35,736 bases of DNA from Octopus bimaculoides (GCF_001194135.2 NC_068985.1:38159578-38195313), one strand, 5' to 3'. Positions 1-11,521 are shown, counted from the stretch's first letter. The notes: generated by a model from the sequence alone, not told the origin. Numbers and translations are program-made.

Positions 1-149
1 ATTTTATGCCGTTAAAATCTCATATCTATCGGTATGCTTTCCTACTTGAAATGATATGTTATTCGTAGGTAGTAGTATCTACATTTCAGGAATTCTAATT
101 AATATTTCATTTATACACATCGCAATATATATTGGAAATTGTATACCAT

Positions 150-152
<3 letters not shown>

Positions 153-186
<34 letters not shown>

Positions 187-478
187 AAAACTATTGCGCG
201 ACGATGTAGTACGAGGCACATTTTTCTTTAATATGGTATATCAGATTATATTTACCGCTTTATTTTTATCCTCAAGAGACGAATATCGTAACACCAAATT
301 AGTTGTAATCTCACAATTATATCTTGAACCCTTTGAAGAGAACTACATTTTGATTACGAAGACTTAAACGCTGCTTTGTTGAATTGCTTTGAATGACGTG
401 ACAATATATTTAGTATATATACGTGCATCTGTAGATAGACACACACATACATATCTATACATATATATATATATACAA

Positions 479-548
<70 letters not shown>
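153..548. repeat. (AT)n at 153-184 and compound (AC)n(AT)n at about 440-548
   Basis: Direct reading. Confidence 0.95.
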
Positions 549-552
<4 letters not shown>

Positions 553-743
553 AGAGAGAGAAACGTACTTGCATAGCACGTGACCTGATCTGAGATCGTG
601 TGCTGTAACAAAAACAATTGCAGCGTGGAAGGTGTTCATGAAACACACAAAAACCGTTAGATTCACTTCAACATTTAAAATTAATTTGACAAAGTATTTT
701 CGTCGCTTCGAGACCGCGACCTGGTCACTGACAAAATGCACCG

Positions 744-1200
744 AATGTTAACACAAAGTTGGAGATCAGTGGAAAAGAGAACACCTATGCTGAACTATTG
801 AGAAATTTGCAGTTACTCTTTCTAGATTACAAGTACATGTAATTATTGGGACTCTGGGATGTGTAACACACTGCCTAAATACCAATCTTGAGAAATTAGG
901 CTTCCTAAAACCAGAAAGGAGAAAGGTAATCCGAAAACTACAGATCCAATCTATCACTGGAACTGTAAAAGTCTGTAAAACTTTCCAGAAGTTTATCATT
1001 TAAATATATATGAGCATGTCTAGACATGCAACTATATGCATGATAATACATACATAAAGCAAAACATACACATCTGCACACATACATACAAACAAAATAC
1101 CCTGTTGTTGATGTTGAAATCCCAATGAAGAATCCTTGGATTTAGGTTAGAAACCGGTTCTTCCTCTACTGGCAAGAAATCTTGAAATAAACTAAATAAT
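744..1200 (+). mobile_element. 5'-truncated 3' end of an RLE-type non-LTR retrotransposon (R4/Dong-like) with 3' UTR
   Basis: Two frames joined by a frameshift near 840: NVNTKLEISGKENTYAELLRNLQLLFLDYKYM* and VIIGTLGCVTHCLNTNLEKLGFLKPERRKVIRKLQIQSITGTVKVCKTFQKFII* (stop 1001-1003). This fits the recalled K..Y..L / iiGalG / lQ...gt.ki pattern ending restriction-like endonuclease domains. A UTR follows, ending in aataat. Confidence 0.7.
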
Positions 1201-1620
1201 GACGTACATACACACTCTACATTCTTGCGGGTTGTATCTTCAACTCTGAAAACTAAACTCTTTTATCATTGAATAATGATATAATTGAAGATACAAGACA
1301 CCAACCTACATTTTTGAACCGCTTCTTTCTCTAAAATGAAAAAAACTTACTTGATTTAATCATTAAATTAAAAATTCCTTTAATGAAAATGGAATTAGAA
1401 TTTCATTAAGTTAGAAAGATAAAAGCTATATATACAATCATCAAATATGTTTAAATTTTGTGAATCCAAATAAGATTATTTTTCTTTGAATTTAAAACTT
1501 TTTGTTAATTTTCCTAATTATAATACACCAGTTTTTTTTTACTTGTGTTTTGAATGCTACAATGTTAGGATTTGTATACTGATAGAAGCCACAAAAGATT
1601 CTATTTATTATATTTTGATT

Positions 1621-1632
1621 AATAATAATAAC

Positions 1633-1695
<63 letters not shown>
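1621..1695. repeat. (AAT)n microsatellite
   Basis: Direct reading. Confidence 0.97.
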
Positions 1696-1696
<1 letters not shown>

Positions 1697-2774
1697 GTAA
1701 ATGAAATAAAGAATTTGTGCTTTCTAATTTCTATAAGCTCTCACTAATTCGCATAAAAGTCTTTCTACTCCTATTACTTATTTCTACATTCCATTGATCT
1801 TTCTCATATTTGCTGAGAATTTTCTACTTCTATGTCTTAAGATACATACGATTATACACACGCCTATTTGCAAACACGTGTTGCAGTCTCGCTTGCATCA
1901 GCATGTTACTCTGTTTGTATGTCTGTGCATGGGCAGATAGTTTAGAAGATCTCTTCGGGTTCACTTCTTCTACGCAGCCTCTTGTTTAAATGTCTTCTAC
2001 CTTTCATGGTACCGCGTCTACTAAAGTCTTCTAAGCATTGTTTCCTCTAAAACTGTATTCATGTTCTCAAGCACATGTTTCGGAACTAGTGCTCAAAAGA
2101 TATTAATGTACGTACAAAAAATAAATGTGAGCACCGAAGGTTTGTTATCTAAAGCAGCATGATAATTAATAATTGTGCTTATACATTCAAGGTGATTTTG
2201 TTTTTGTCATAGGAAATATTTTACACAACACAAGCGCAAGTGTTTAAGTATGTATGTATGTCTATATGTAATCACGCCCCTCCCGCATACATATATATAT
2301 ACTGAGAAAGAGAGAGAGAGGGGGAGGGAGAGAGAGAGAGAGAGCGATAAACAATGTCATGCTTTTTGTATGTCTGTACAAGTCGACATTTAGTAATGAA
2401 TTCCTTCCTTGTATTCTCGTGTCTTACATAGCAGAAAATAAACGGCTACAAGATAAGACCCAGGGAAGGCTAAGAGCGAGGGTTTTTAAATGTCAAAATA
2501 ATGGAAGAAGATGAAGTGAAAATAAACTCAGACTCCAAAACGTATTGTTCTTAAAGAGAATTAAATAAATTATAATCTCTCTGCTTGAAATCAATGGTTG
2601 GCGGGCTACACGTGATTTTCACTAATCATTCTCTCTCTCTCTCTTTCCACCGCTCTTTTTTGCTTAGCTCTTTTATATGTCATAAATATACTTTGCAACA
2701 ATATGAGAAGCAAGGAGACTTTGGTTCTCAATATCATCCCTAATCTACTCAACGTACTGCTTAGTATTGTTGTT

Positions 2775-3062
2775 AATTATGCTCAACTGAATCTTGATCG
2801 AGCAAATCTACGATCAGAGACATTTCAACCGTGGCTATGTCGTCCGTTTTATTTCTCATTACTTCGCTTTCTCTGGCGCATACATTCCTCCCTAGGCTTA
2901 CAAAGAATACTGCGACGAGCCGTCGCAGTATTACTCATATTACTAGGTGAGTGGACTGGAGGAATGTGAAATGAAGGGTTTTGCTCAAAGACACAACGCA
3001 TCGCCCTGTCGAGAAATCGAAACTACAATCATTCGATCATGAGTCCAACACCCCCAACCACT
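2775..3062 (-). mobile_element. Degenerate tRNA-derived SINE, family D
   Basis: Reverse complement of 2960-3062 (agtggttgggggtgttggactcatgatc...gtttcgatttc...gttgtgtctttgagcaaaacccttcat) matches the head of the 31584 copy. Confidence 0.6.
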
Positions 3063-3297
3063 TTATTTCTCATGCACAGTGTAATCTAGATCAATATTAT
3101 TCAGTATCATTTTATTATTCTAAGTTCAAGCGATGTAAGTGATATGAGGAAGTTCTGACTGCTATTCTTAGCCAGACATAAGACTACGTCCATCCGACTC
3201 TTTCAATAAGAATAATTTCTGGCAAATAAATTGCTGAAACTCAAGGTCATTGTTGTTCTTACAAATTGCAACGTAATTTTCTAAGAGGAGGAGGAGA

Positions 3298-3299
<2 letters not shown>

Positions 3300-3341
<42 letters not shown>

Positions 3342-3559
3342 NNNNNNNNNNNNNNNNNNNNNNNNNNNNNNNNNNNNNNNNNNNNNNNNNNNNNNNNNNN
3401 NNNNNNNNNNNNNNNNNNNNNNNNNNNNNNNNNNNNNNNNNNNNNNNNNNNNNNNNNNNNNNNNNNNNNNNNNNNNNNNNNNNNNNNNNNNNNNNNNNNN
3501 NNNNNNNNNNNNNNNNNNNNNNGGTAGTGGTGGTGGTGGTGGTGGTAGTGGTGGTGGTG

Positions 3560-3609
<50 letters not shown>

Positions 3610-3664
3610 GGTGGTGGTAGTAGTAGTGGTGGTGGTAGTAGTAGTGGTGGTGATAGTAATAGTG

Positions 3665-3706
<42 letters not shown>
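3300..3706. repeat. (TAG)n/(TGG)n compound microsatellite spanning gap 3342-3522
   Basis: Direct reading. Confidence 0.95.
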
Positions 3707-3713
<7 letters not shown>

Positions 3714-3945
3714 CCATGATGACATTGTAGATTTATCGTCAACATCATTATTACTATCAGCTTAATAATAATAACCACAAACATCGTAATTTTTAATATA
3801 GACGCATTCTCCGCCTTACAGGATAATCGCGCTTACGAAATTGTAAAGTATACCCTATAATTTTAGTATACATCTTATAATTTTTCTCATATGGACACTA
3901 GGATAAATTTTTTAAAATTTTAATCTACACTTTCTTAGCCAAATG

Positions 3946-3977
3946 GTTACTTCTCGGCGTTTTGGCTAAGACCATGT
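3946..3977 (+). pseudogene. U2: U2 snRNA 5' fragment (3'-truncated pseudogene)
   Basis: 3950-3977 cttctcggcgttttggctaagaccatgt matches canonical U2 nt 5-32 (CTTCTCGGCCTTTTGGCTAAGATCAAGT) at 25/28 positions. No Sm site or 3' domain follows. Confidence 0.7.
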
Positions 3978-4349
3978 AATGTCAGTAAAATAATATAACT
4001 CGGGTTTAAATACATCTCGTACAAAACATAGTTGCAGCTATGGCGATCGCGAACGATCTTTTATGCAATCAAATAGAATTTGCAACCAAATCTCTTATTA
4101 ATTACGCTTTGACGGCTAATTAAAAACAATTGGATGTTGTAATCCTTGATACCCCTAAAAACTAAGCTGATAAGCACTGCAGGAATGCTTCATTAAGGTT
4201 TGACCTACAACAACAATTGCTGCATTGTAAACCAGCTCCATGGTAACAGCAGCGATGGAAACAGCTGTAAAGATTATCGTCATATCATGTCTTTTGGACA
4301 CAACAGCTTGTTATAAACACTACTGTTAATACACGATCGCTATTCTTTA

Positions 4350-4758
4350 ACTCTTTTACTCTTTTACTTGTTTCAGTCATTTGACTGCGGCCATGCTGGA
4401 GCACCGCCTTTAGTCGAGCAAATCGACCCCAGGACTTATTCTTTGGAAGCCTAGTACTTATTCTATCGGTCTCTTTTGCCGAACCGCTAAGTTACGGGGA
4501 CGTAAACACACCAGCATCGGTTGTCAAGCGATGATGGGGGGACAAACACAGACACACAAACACACATACATATATATATATATACATATATACGACAGGC
4601 TTCTTTCAGTTTTCGTCTACCAAATCCACTCACAAGGCCTTGGTTGGCCCGAGGCTATAGTAGAAGACACTTGCCCAAGGTGCCACGCAGTGGGACTGAA
4701 CCCGGAACCACGTGGTTGGTAAGCAAGCTACTTACCACACAGCCACTCCTGCGCCTAT
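4350..4758 (-). mobile_element. Full-length tRNA-derived SINE, family A
   Basis: On the minus strand: ataggcgcaggagtggctgtgtggt (A-box-like), ggttcagtccc (B-box-like), an internal (GT)/(AT) microsatellite and a gactgaaacaag(taaaagag)n tail. Same sequence recurs at 12161, 14999 and 22195. Confidence 0.9.
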
Positions 4759-5984
4759 AGTTTACAATATTTAGGAAGAACTAATTGTATATATAAGAAA
4801 TCTGTAGTAACATTTAAAAGTTGTGGACTAAGTAATTTCAATTGATTACAATTACATATGTAGTATGAAGTAAAAATGATGAATTTTGGTTAAGAAAACT
4901 AGGTGGGTTAATTTCGAAATGCATATAGGGCCTCTACGGTTGATGATGAACATGCATCTATACATGCACGTTTCAGGCGTTGCATCAGTTATCTTCAGTC
5001 TGGACATGTCTTTTTCCGCTTAATCGATGATTATCAAAGGGAAAAATCGACCCACGACCAATGCAACTTCGCATTCTTGTCATCGCAGAGGTTGCTACCA
5101 GATCGCAACGAGCTGGAACTGATAACGCCAAACATCACGTACGAAACTCTAACACTTCCGCAATCCATCATTAATCACGAAATATAACATAATTGGAATT
5201 AGATAAAATTATCTATGAGCTTGTTGTGAGGAGTGAGTCTCTGATATCTTGTAGTGCAATCACAACTTTAGAAAACTGTTTCGATTTACTCACGTTCCTC
5301 AAGGAAGCATATTAATTCTTTTCTATAAAGCTTACACGTCATCACTGCAAATCACTTTTTGATTTCAACATTCTTGTTTCACATATTTTACTTTCGATGG
5401 TTCATTTTTTTATTTTGACGCCAATCATATTTTCTCATTTTTTATTACTTATCTTTTTCTTCCTTCATTCTTTTGCGCGACGAGTATCGTAAAATCTTCA
5501 CAAACCACAATTTTACAAGATATTCAAAACTCAAAGACATTAATGCAGAATTAGACTGACACAGTTGTCGTCTTGTCTATATCGTAGATTAAAATATACC
5601 GTGCTCAAAGACTACTTAAATGTACCAGTATTTTCTTGTTTAATGATAAGTTTTTAAAAATTTCTATCTACACACAACTTACTTATTTTTTACTTGGAAT
5701 TTCCCTTGCATTATTTGTCAAACAAGAGAAAAAAATTCACTGAATTGAGTTGACGCTTGTAATCCTATTCACTAATAGCATTTGATAGAATGTTGCTGTC
5801 TTTTTTCTGTGTTTTATCTTTATTTTCATTTGTCTGGTAAATATTTTCCAGTTTTAGCTGGAGATTTGCGGATTAATATCATTATCCATACATAATACAA
5901 AAATAAAAGAAAACATAATAATATTTAAAGGCATACAAACTTTCCCCCTCTCTCCCTATCTCTCACTCTCTCTCTCTCAAAGAC

Positions 5985-5985
<1 letters not shown>

Positions 5986-6030
<45 letters not shown>

Positions 6031-6592
6031 NNNNNNNNNNNNNNNNNNNNNNNNNNNNNNNNNNNNNNNNNNNNNNNNNNNNNNNNNNNNNNNNNNNNNN
6101 NNNNNNNNNNNNNNNNNNNNNNNNNNNNNNNNNNNNNNNNNNNNNNNNNNNNNNNNNNNNNNNNNNNNNNNNNNNNNNNNNNNNNNNNNNNNNNNNNNNN
6201 NNNNNNNNNNNNNNNNNNNNNNNNNNNNNNNNNNNNNNNNNNNNNNNNNNNNNNNNNNNNNNNNNNNNNNNNNNNNNNNNNNNNNNNNNNNNNNNNNNNN
6301 NNNNNNNNNNNNNNNNNNNNNNNNNNNNNNNNNNNNNNNNNNNNNNNNNNNNNNNNNNNNNNNNNNNNNNNNNNNNNNNNNNNNNNNNNNNNNNNNNNNN
6401 NNNNNNNNNNNNNNNNNNNNNNNNNNNNNNNNNNNNNNNNNNNNNNNNNNNNNNNNNNNNNNNNNNNNNNNNNNNNNNNNNNNNNNNNNNNNNNNNNNNN
6501 NNNNNNNNNNNNNNNNNNNNNNNNNNNNNNNNNNNNNNNNNNNNNNNNNNNNNNNNNNNNNNNNNNNNNNNNNNNNNNNNNNNNNNNNNNNN

Positions 6593-6635
<43 letters not shown>

Positions 6636-6639
6636 TATA

Positions 6640-6677
<38 letters not shown>

Positions 6678-6750
6678 CATATTGATATATATGTGTATAT
6701 ATATATGTATTTATATATTTATACATATATATGCATATATATGTATGTAT
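5986..6750. repeat. (AT)n tract spanning gap 6031-6592
   Basis: Direct reading. Confidence 0.95.
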
Positions 6751-7195
6751 ATGCGCACAGCATGTTTTACAAAATATAAGATAAATTTCTTGTAGTTTTA
6801 AACCTTTCAAAACGGAACTTCAAACCATGTGTGATTACATCTTATTCGCTTCATACGCAAGAATATAAAGGTGGTTTTCCTGCCGTATTTCAAAATTCGT
6901 TGATCAATCAATAGACTCAAGTAGCATGTCACGTTTCTGCCTACGAAAAAGAACTTATAACTAATCAGTACTTAAATCATGCGCAAATTAGAATTCTAGT
7001 GCAATGATTGAAAAATTAATGAATAACTAATTACAAATAACGTGTTAGAAAACAGAAAGTATATTCACTGCATTTGTTGAAGTGGACCGAGTTTAAATTT
7101 CGATTGCGAAAGTTGAAAAAAAAAAATCTATGCTTATCTACGTTAAATTTATCTTCGCTTTTCCGCGATTAAAGTTTTCTGAGAGAAGATATAAT

Positions 7196-7391
7196 ATTTT
7201 CTACTCTAGGCACAAGGCCCGAATTTTTGTGGGAGGGGTCCAGTCGATTAGATCTTCCCCAGTACGCAACTGGTACTTAATTTTTCGACCTCGAAAGGAT
7301 GAAAAGCAAAGTCAACCTTGGCGAAATTTGAACTCAGAATGTAAAGACATTTTGCCCGGCGTGGTAACATTTCTGCCAGCTTCGCCGCCTT
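7196..7391 (-). mobile_element. tRNA-derived SINE, family C, with 16-bp target-site duplication
   Basis: Minus-strand ggcgaagctggcagaa head, gagttcaaatttc B-box and ctttgcttttcatcctttcgaggtcgaaaaattaagtaccag core. Flanked by exact TGAGAGAAGATATAAT at 7180-7195 and 7392-7407. Confidence 0.9.
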
Positions 7392-7624
7392 TGAGAGAAG
7401 ATATAATGAAAACCTCTAGTCATAGAAGCGTCTTCTTACATACACACACACACACAAACGTAGTCCCATACGCTTACATATACATATTTTTACTGTGAAG
7501 TGCATCCTCAGTAGTATCCGTTTATGTCAAGATGGGCTTTGCTTGTTTTTCTCTTTACAAAGATGCAAAAATTTTATAGCAGACAAAACTTTCGAAAGTT
7601 GATACTACCAAATTTAAAAACAAC

Positions 7625-7690
7625 TTTGAAGGCGATGCTCCAGCATGGCCATAATTCAGTGGCCGAAACCATTAAGAAAAATGAAAGAAT
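7625..7690 (+). mobile_element. Family A SINE 3' tail fragment
   Basis: gaaggcgatgctccagcatggccataattcagtggccgaaac resembles the family A tail aaggcggtgctccagcatggccgcagtcaaatgactgaaac. Confidence 0.55.
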
Positions 7691-7816
7691 ATGGAATAAG
7701 CTGTATTTTCTCACAATTTTTTCCCCTTTATCATTTTACCTGTTGTTGTATTGATTGTCTACGAATCTTTGTCCAAAATTCGTTTTCACGTGATTTCTCT
7801 CTAATTTTTTTTTAAG

Positions 7817-7983
7817 GTGGTTAAATAGAAACAACATGCCAATTGGTGAAATGGGTATGATTCGAGTGGAAGATAGTACTCTTGTTTTCGAAGATCCAGA
7901 AGAAATTGATACAGGAAACTATACATGTATAATGAGTAACTCTGCTGGCGAGAAAAAACAAAACGTCTGGATCATGATTTCAG
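7817..7983 (+). CDS. PTK7: PTK7/Off-track-like receptor, internal exon A (C-terminal half of an Ig domain, about Ig4)
   Basis: Acceptor ttttttttaag, donor CAG|gtaatt; 167 nt, phase 2 to 1. Translates WLNRNNMPIGEMGMIRVEDSTLVFEDPEEIDTGNYTCIMSNSAGEKKQNVWIMIS, with the I-set W and D-x-G-x-Y-x-C motifs. Resembles recalled human PTK7 Ig4 (DAGVYTCHAANLAGQRRQDVNITV). Confidence 0.9.
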
Positions 7984-8174
7984 GTAATTACTGATTCCCT
8001 TGATTACACAGTGTAACCCGACTTTAGTCCTTTCTGTGGATGCTGCTATTTCCTTTTTGCTTACTCCTAGAAATTATGAAAAATGGCTAATATTTTCTTC
8101 AAACTTTGCTTTTGTTGCTTTTGTTCAAACCCCCAAAGAATCCCCCTTAACACATGGCTATAACGCTCTCCCAG

Positions 8175-8352
8175 CAGGTTTTGAACTCAGAATATAAAGA
8201 CATTTAGCTAAATACTGATTAGATATCTTTTCCTGTGTTCTAACGATTCTACCAACCCATCACTCCTATATATTTTCTAACATTGGCATAAGGACCAACT
8301 ATTTGGGACGGGGGTGAAGGCATAGTCAATTAAACCGACTCTAGTACTTAGG
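8175..8352 (-). mobile_element. Old, fragmented family C SINE pieces
   Basis: ttttgaactcagaatataaagac...ctaacgattctaccaac and ggcataaggacc...tagtcaattaaaccgactctagtactta are degenerate matches to the 14045 copy. Confidence 0.45.
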
Positions 8353-8432
8353 TTTCTGAAATAGGCACTAGACTGGGAATTTAGAAGAGTCGATTATGTC
8401 GTTAATAAAAATCATAAAGATGAAGCTGATAG

Positions 8433-8433
<1 letters not shown>

Positions 8434-8465
<32 letters not shown>

Positions 8466-8512
8466 CGATGACGATGATGACGATGATGATGACGACGATG
8501 ATGATGATGACG

Positions 8513-8548
<36 letters not shown>

Positions 8549-8570
8549 GTGATGACGACGACTATAAAGA
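8434..8570. repeat. (GAT)n/(GAC)n/(GGC)n compound trinucleotide repeat
   Basis: Direct reading. Confidence 0.95.
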
Positions 8571-8979
8571 TGACGATTTCCATCATCGGCAACAATTGTT
8601 TAAAAATTTGTAGAACAAGGTTATTAATAAACTAATGAGGGTTTACATTATTAGTGATAGTATGGAATGAAAATAAACAGTGAGGTTAGTTAATTTGGTA
8701 TCAGTACAACCTTAATGACAAAAACAAAAGTCGATTCCATCCGAGACATGAACACAATTTCGGAACATACTGCTAATTGACAGTGTTCGCTAATCCAGTA
8801 ATTTATAAATCTACAGCCTGAATCAGTATCTGCCAAAATACTGCAGGTTGAGCTAATTAACAAGAGACCCGATATATGCACATTGGCAATCCACATAGCT
8901 ATTTGTGTCACTTGAGACCATCTTTTAGAATGTAATGTTGTCCTAGATATACTATGCCTGAAAAAAACATGATCGTGGC

Positions 8980-9187
8980 ACCTCTCGTCATAGAAGCGTC
9001 TTCGCTTTTCCGCGATTAAAGTTTTCTGGAGGAAGATATAATCTTTTCTACTCTAGGCACAAGGCCCGAATTTTTGTGGGAGGGGTCCAGTCGATTAGAT
9101 CAACCCCAGTACGCAACTGGTACTTAATTTATCGACCCCGAAAGGATGAAAAGCAAAGTCGACCTTGGCGGAATTTGAACTCAGAAC
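8980..9187 (-). mobile_element. Partial duplicate of the 7152-7435 family C insertion, including its unique flanks
   Basis: 8999-9186 matches 7152-7339 (flank plus SINE); 8980-9003 matches 7412-7435 with one mismatch. Confidence 0.85.
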
Positions 9188-10675
9188 TTTTCTTTAATGG
9201 TGCTCACGGGCACCATTAAAGAAAAGTCCGAACGATCAGATCAAATATTGAGTCATGGTGCTGGAAATCAGCACCAAACGAGAATAAATTGTGAAGCATT
9301 TTGAAATATTGCAGCAAGCGCTGCCATAAAAAGACAATATTTTTATACTGTTGCGACTGAAACTGTTACCATGTCTACAGGTGCTAATGCTGCTATAGCT
9401 TCTACTATCGCTTCTGCTGAGTCTGCTGTCGTCAACGGCGTTACCTTTACTAATTCTCTTTTCTTGTTTGGTTGTCTTTATATCATAATGCTAATATTTT
9501 CCAAGGAGAAATGAAGCTGAAAAAGAAATAAGGTTATTAAAAAGTCTTTAATTACTATGGCAAACGATGCTTTCAAATCCTAAATGACAGCAATACCTTC
9601 GGATAAAAAGAACAGAGGCATGTAGTTACGCATACTAATAGAAATCGATCCACCGAATGCGCCTCGATAATTGCAAATCACTTCTAGCAATGGTTCGGGT
9701 AAAACTTTCTCTCTCGTGTCCAACACATGTCGATCACTTGCTGCTGACGCTGTTGCTGCCTCTTCTACTTCCGGCTTCCTACATTAACGTCTTACTTATT
9801 TAATTAGGCGCTTGCTGTTGCCGCCGGCCGTTCTACGAATATCCAAATGACTTGACTTATCTCTCCTACCACCGGATGTAAGAGAAAAATCTGCCGATTA
9901 AAACGAATCACATTTTGATGACTGGCAATATCGTACGTTTATTCGACACTACCGTTGTCTGTTTGAAGACTAAAACTTGTAGCGTTATTATTTTTCACTT
10001 TCAAATATCTCAAGGATTAAGTAAATTAAAATGTACTATTAAGTCTTTTATAGTTATGACTTGCATAAATGACATGCAGAGGTTAGTATTTTAAAGGAAA
10101 AAAAAAGATGGGAGGCGACTGATGTGAAATTAATTGCTGGATTTTAAGAAAAAATTAAACACCAATATGTTTAAAATTATATGAAATATTTTGCAGAATA
10201 TTCAAAAAATGTCTATATATATATATATACAATCACACATATAGTTCTCGGTTTAATGCAGTATATTGTTATAACTTTGAGCATTTTGAAAGACAGCGAG
10301 TGATTCACACTGTAAACCTCCAATGTACTCATAAACATTATTTATAAAAATAGCAGTTTCTTAATCATATCCACCTGAGTACTATGTAGGCATCTAATTA
10401 CTTTCTTTCATTAGATGGACAAGGACTGATATTCTCATGGTTTTATATTTTTATCTTTAAATAGTATAATTTGTTTTAAATAATGTAAAGAAAGCATTGA
10501 TAACGATAATTTCCCACCAATAAACAAATCATCAAATTCCCTAAAAATACATAATTTCGAAAAATTGGTGGGGTGGGGGTTATCACAAAGTCCATGTACA
10601 GTTTTGAGTCCCCCAATCACTGTGTAAGTATTTTATTTTATGTAATGTAATTTTATATTTTGTTATTTATTTCAG

Positions 10676-10815
10676 TTCCACCAATCATCACGAAAGTTCC
10701 CCAGCCACGCACAGTTAGCGAAGATATGAGTGTTAGCTTCTCATGCAAAGTAATTGCAACTCCGTACCCAGTGACCACAATATTTTGGACTCGAAATGAT
10801 GTCCCTATCGATCCG
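10676..10815 (+). CDS. PTK7: PTK7-like exon B (N-terminal half of about Ig5)
   Basis: Acceptor tttatttcag, donor CCG|gtaagt; 140 nt, phase 1 to 0, in phase with exon A. Translates (V)PPIITKVPQPRTVSEDMSVSFSCKVIATPYPVTTIFWTRNDVPIDP, containing the first Ig Cys and the core Trp. Confidence 0.9.
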
Positions 10816-11192
10816 GTAAGTTTGTAACCACCGTTCTCTTCTCTATTAAGCTATAGGTTGAGGGAACAATAAGGAAAGAAATACAAGTGTATGTAAAAGC
10901 CACAGGCTCACCTTTAGGAATTGGGAGCAATCACTTCCTTTATCTACTTCAGAGGGATGGATGAATTTGGACTCAGCAAGGGAACACAAAATATCAAAAA
11001 TGGTTTAAGTAATATTTTAGTATTTTTAACTAGTTCATACATTTTAAAAAAGTGGGTATAATCGATTGCTTTGACGCCATTACGTGACTAGTATTTATTA
11101 TATCAACGCAACAACGATGAAAGATAACTAATCCCTGCAAACCTTTGTTTTTGCTACGTTACCAATGGTTCCATCCATTTTCCTGACAATTG

Positions 11193-11367
11193 TTTCTGAT
11201 TTGGGGACAAAGCCAACCACGTTGAGAGATAGGATTAGTCCTTACCGTCGACACCAGTACCTGACTTTACTTTATCGACCCTAGAGGAATGAAAGGGAAA
11301 AATTGATCTCTGGAATTTAAACTCAGAAAGTAAATATCCGGAAGCGCTGCTGATTCTGCCAGCTCGC
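11193..11367 (-). mobile_element. Degenerate family C SINE
   Basis: gtcgacaccagtacctgactttactttatcgaccctagaggaatgaaagg...ggaatttaaactcagaa...gattctgccagctcgc matches family C. Confidence 0.65.
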
Positions 11368-11521
11368 AGCGCTTCTACTTCCCTATGTATGTAACATAAA
11401 CACATGGCTTGAAATATTGGCAGATGAGTCAATTACATAGTCTTTACTACTTGACATATACTTCATTTTACCGACCTTGAAGAGATATAAAACAAACTAC
11501 TGAAGAGATGTAAGACAAGCG

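Noticed and set aside
1115-1170. CCAATGAAG...GAAACCGGTT in the LINE 3' UTR resembling a hammerhead
   Set aside because: Core positions U4 and G5 are absent and there is no stem I; better read as an ordinary stem-loop.
4182-4242. Possible upstream PTK7 exon (NASLRFDLQQQLLHCKPAPW, ending TG|gtaaca in phase 2)
   Set aside because: It lacks the C..P.G.P.P pattern expected of the Ig N-half, has a weak acceptor and would start in phase 2 rather than 1. The true preceding exon is probably outside the window.
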